Shown here piece after piece: positions 62,700 through 64,000 of a stretch of 64,000 nt of DNA (the stretch's first letter is position 1; each line of letters begins with the position of its first letter). The translations under genes and the position numbers were made by a program. The DNA is from an uncultured Gammaproteobacteria bacterium (GTDB lineage Bacteria; Patescibacteriota; Microgenomatia; CAZETR01; Amesbacteraceae): assembly GCA_964633995.1 (NCBI GenBank), contig CAZWKN010000005.1, positions 920-64,919 of the forward strand. The letters run 5' to 3'. Below the pieces are notes generated by a model. It was not told the origin of the DNA. It did no database searches and was given only the letters and a program-made list of their open reading frames with translations.

Positions 62700-63593
62700 A
62701 TGTCTGCCCACACTCTTAACACCTCTCTTTTAAGATCCAGGCTCAAACTCAAAAGCCTTCAGTCGGAATCAATCCTGTCCGCCCATCACCCCCAAGCGGT
62801 TGCGGTTTTAGAATCAGCAGGTATCAGGCCGGGAAAGATTCGTCATCATGCCCAAAAATTGCTTCTCTCCGCAGCCACAGCTGCCTCCATTATTTCATCC
62901 CCTATGCAATCTCTTGCCGCCAACCAGTCAAATCTCCCCGACACTTCCAGGTTCGCACTGGTCTCTTCTTTGGATTTACACGCTGCTATGGCATCGCAAC
63001 TCGCTAGTATTCTTCCTAAAATTGTCCGCCCCCTCCGCCCGGATGAGGAGTCGCAAATTAGTGATCTATTCAAAAAAATATACGGCATAACCGCCACACC
63101 CGAGTTGGATAACAATAGGTTAAATACCGATTATGGACTTATTGGTTTAGAGCAACATTTAGCTAGATTTCCGGGGGATATCGTACCCGATATGGCCCCG
63201 GGGCGAGGTGCCTGGGGTTATTTTGCTCCCTCAAAAGACCAGCTGACCGAAGAGCTAGTGCTTACCGAAAAGTATTATGTTGCAGTTCAGACGCTGTATC
63301 TTCCCGATTGGAATACGAGGTTGGCCTACCTAAGGGATTGGTATAAATACCGTCGGGTAGTGTTGGCAAATCCGAAAAATGGCAAGGTTATAATAGCAGC
63401 GGTAGCCGATTCTGGTCCTGCTGCCTGGACTGGTAAACATTTTGGTGGCAGTCCCGAGGTTATGGAATACTTGCACATGAAAGACGGCCGTCAAAAAGGA
63501 CCGGTCGTCCTATTCTTTTTAGATGATCCGAAAAATCAGGTTCCGTTGGGCCCAGTGGAGTACAATTTAGCAAAAGGACTTCCAATCATATGA
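62700..63593 (+). CDS. Hypothetical protein (possible secreted; unknown function)
   Basis: 297-aa ORF following gltX. No confident motif. Confidence 0.4.
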   Translation: MSAHTLNTSLLRSRLKLKSLQSESILSAHHPQAVAVLESAGIRPGKIRHHAQKLLLSAATAASIISSPMQSLAANQSNLPDTSRFALVSSLDLHAAMASQLASILPKIVRPLRPDEESQISDLFKKIYGITATPELDNNRLNTDYGLIGLEQHLARFPGDIVPDMAPGRGAWGYFAPSKDQLTEELVLTEKYYVAVQTLYLPDWNTRLAYLRDWYKYRRVVLANPKNGKVIIAAVADSGPAAWTGKHFGGSPEVMEYLHMKDGRQKGPVVLFFLDDPKNQVPLGPVEYNLAKGLPII

Positions 63594-63937
63594 GTCACAT
63601 TTTTTATGATCACTTAGTCAATCGGCACGAACTAACAGCCGAGATTGATAACTATGAATTAGAAGCCGAAGATCGGCAGGAGTTGTTGGATTTGATAGAT
63701 GAAACTCTTCACCATCACATTCTAAATGTCATATTAAATCATCTCCCTAAAGATCATCATGTCGAGTTTATGATCCTATTAAAAACCGCCCCGCACGATC
63801 CCCAGATCTTGGAGTTTGTTAAATCCAAAATTACGATCGATATCGAATTAGAGATATCTACACAAGCAACCAAGGTAAAAAAAGATATCATAACCGAGAT
63901 TACCAAATCCCGTCTCAAAAAACCTCTTCGCAAATGA
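63590..63937 (+). CDS. Hypothetical acidic protein
   Basis: 115 aa. Overlaps the upstream gene by 4 nt. Confidence 0.35.
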   Translation: MSHIFYDHLVNRHELTAEIDNYELEAEDRQELLDLIDETLHHHILNVILNHLPKDHHVEFMILLKTAPHDPQILEFVKSKITIDIELEISTQATKVKKDIITEITKSRLKKPLRK

Positions 63938-64000
63938 GAAACAGTGCCCGTTCTTTAGCAGTTTTATCACTGGAAATTCTGTTGGGGATTCTTATTACCG

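Overview
This 64-kb window has about 45% GC and uses the standard genetic code; TGA and TAA act as stops in conserved genes. It looks like a compact, gene-dense bacterial chromosome of the small-genome, CPR/Patescibacteria type: many universal proteins are unusually short, a sortase is present, and operons are tightly packed.

The backbone is information-processing and envelope genes, mostly on the + strand:
- dnaJ (3' end only), nusA-infB, rpsO-pnp, a Lon-derived AAA+ ATPase, RNase J, ftsK, a RodZ-like protein and a C-terminally truncated alaS.
- A PilM/FtsA-like membrane protein plus a sortase sit inside an otherwise conserved alaS-ruvX-mltG locus.
- A fused superoperon rpoB-rpoC-rpsL-rpsG-rpsD-rpoA-rplQ-rplM-rpsI lacks fusA/tuf.
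- A tRNA-Pro(GGG) lies on the minus strand.
- recA-recX-rny, hup, then a cluster of six paralogous ABC-2 permeases around a single ATPase.
- A secreted thermonuclease, miaA, an AI-2E transporter, an RNase P RNA (type A) not covered by the ORF track, and a DEDD exonuclease.
- secD-secF, ddl and cca on the minus strand, recJ, aspS, a D-Ala-D-Ala carboxypeptidase and gltX.

The most striking feature is a dispersed family of short palindromic elements concentrated between 43.8 and 60.3 kb:
- The core is CCCCTCTCC-loop-GGAGAGGGG followed by a GGGGGTGAGGTGG tail.
- Copies occur in intergenic clusters, some internally duplicated in tandem.
- Three copies lie in frame inside miaA and recJ, the latter twice, where they add about 12 to 20 residues.
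- The loops supply the stop codons and C-termini of recJ and of one DUF559 gene.
- Three DUF559 endonuclease-like gene copies, one a pseudogene, each sit next to these repeat clusters.

No CRISPR array, rRNA or transposase ORF was seen.
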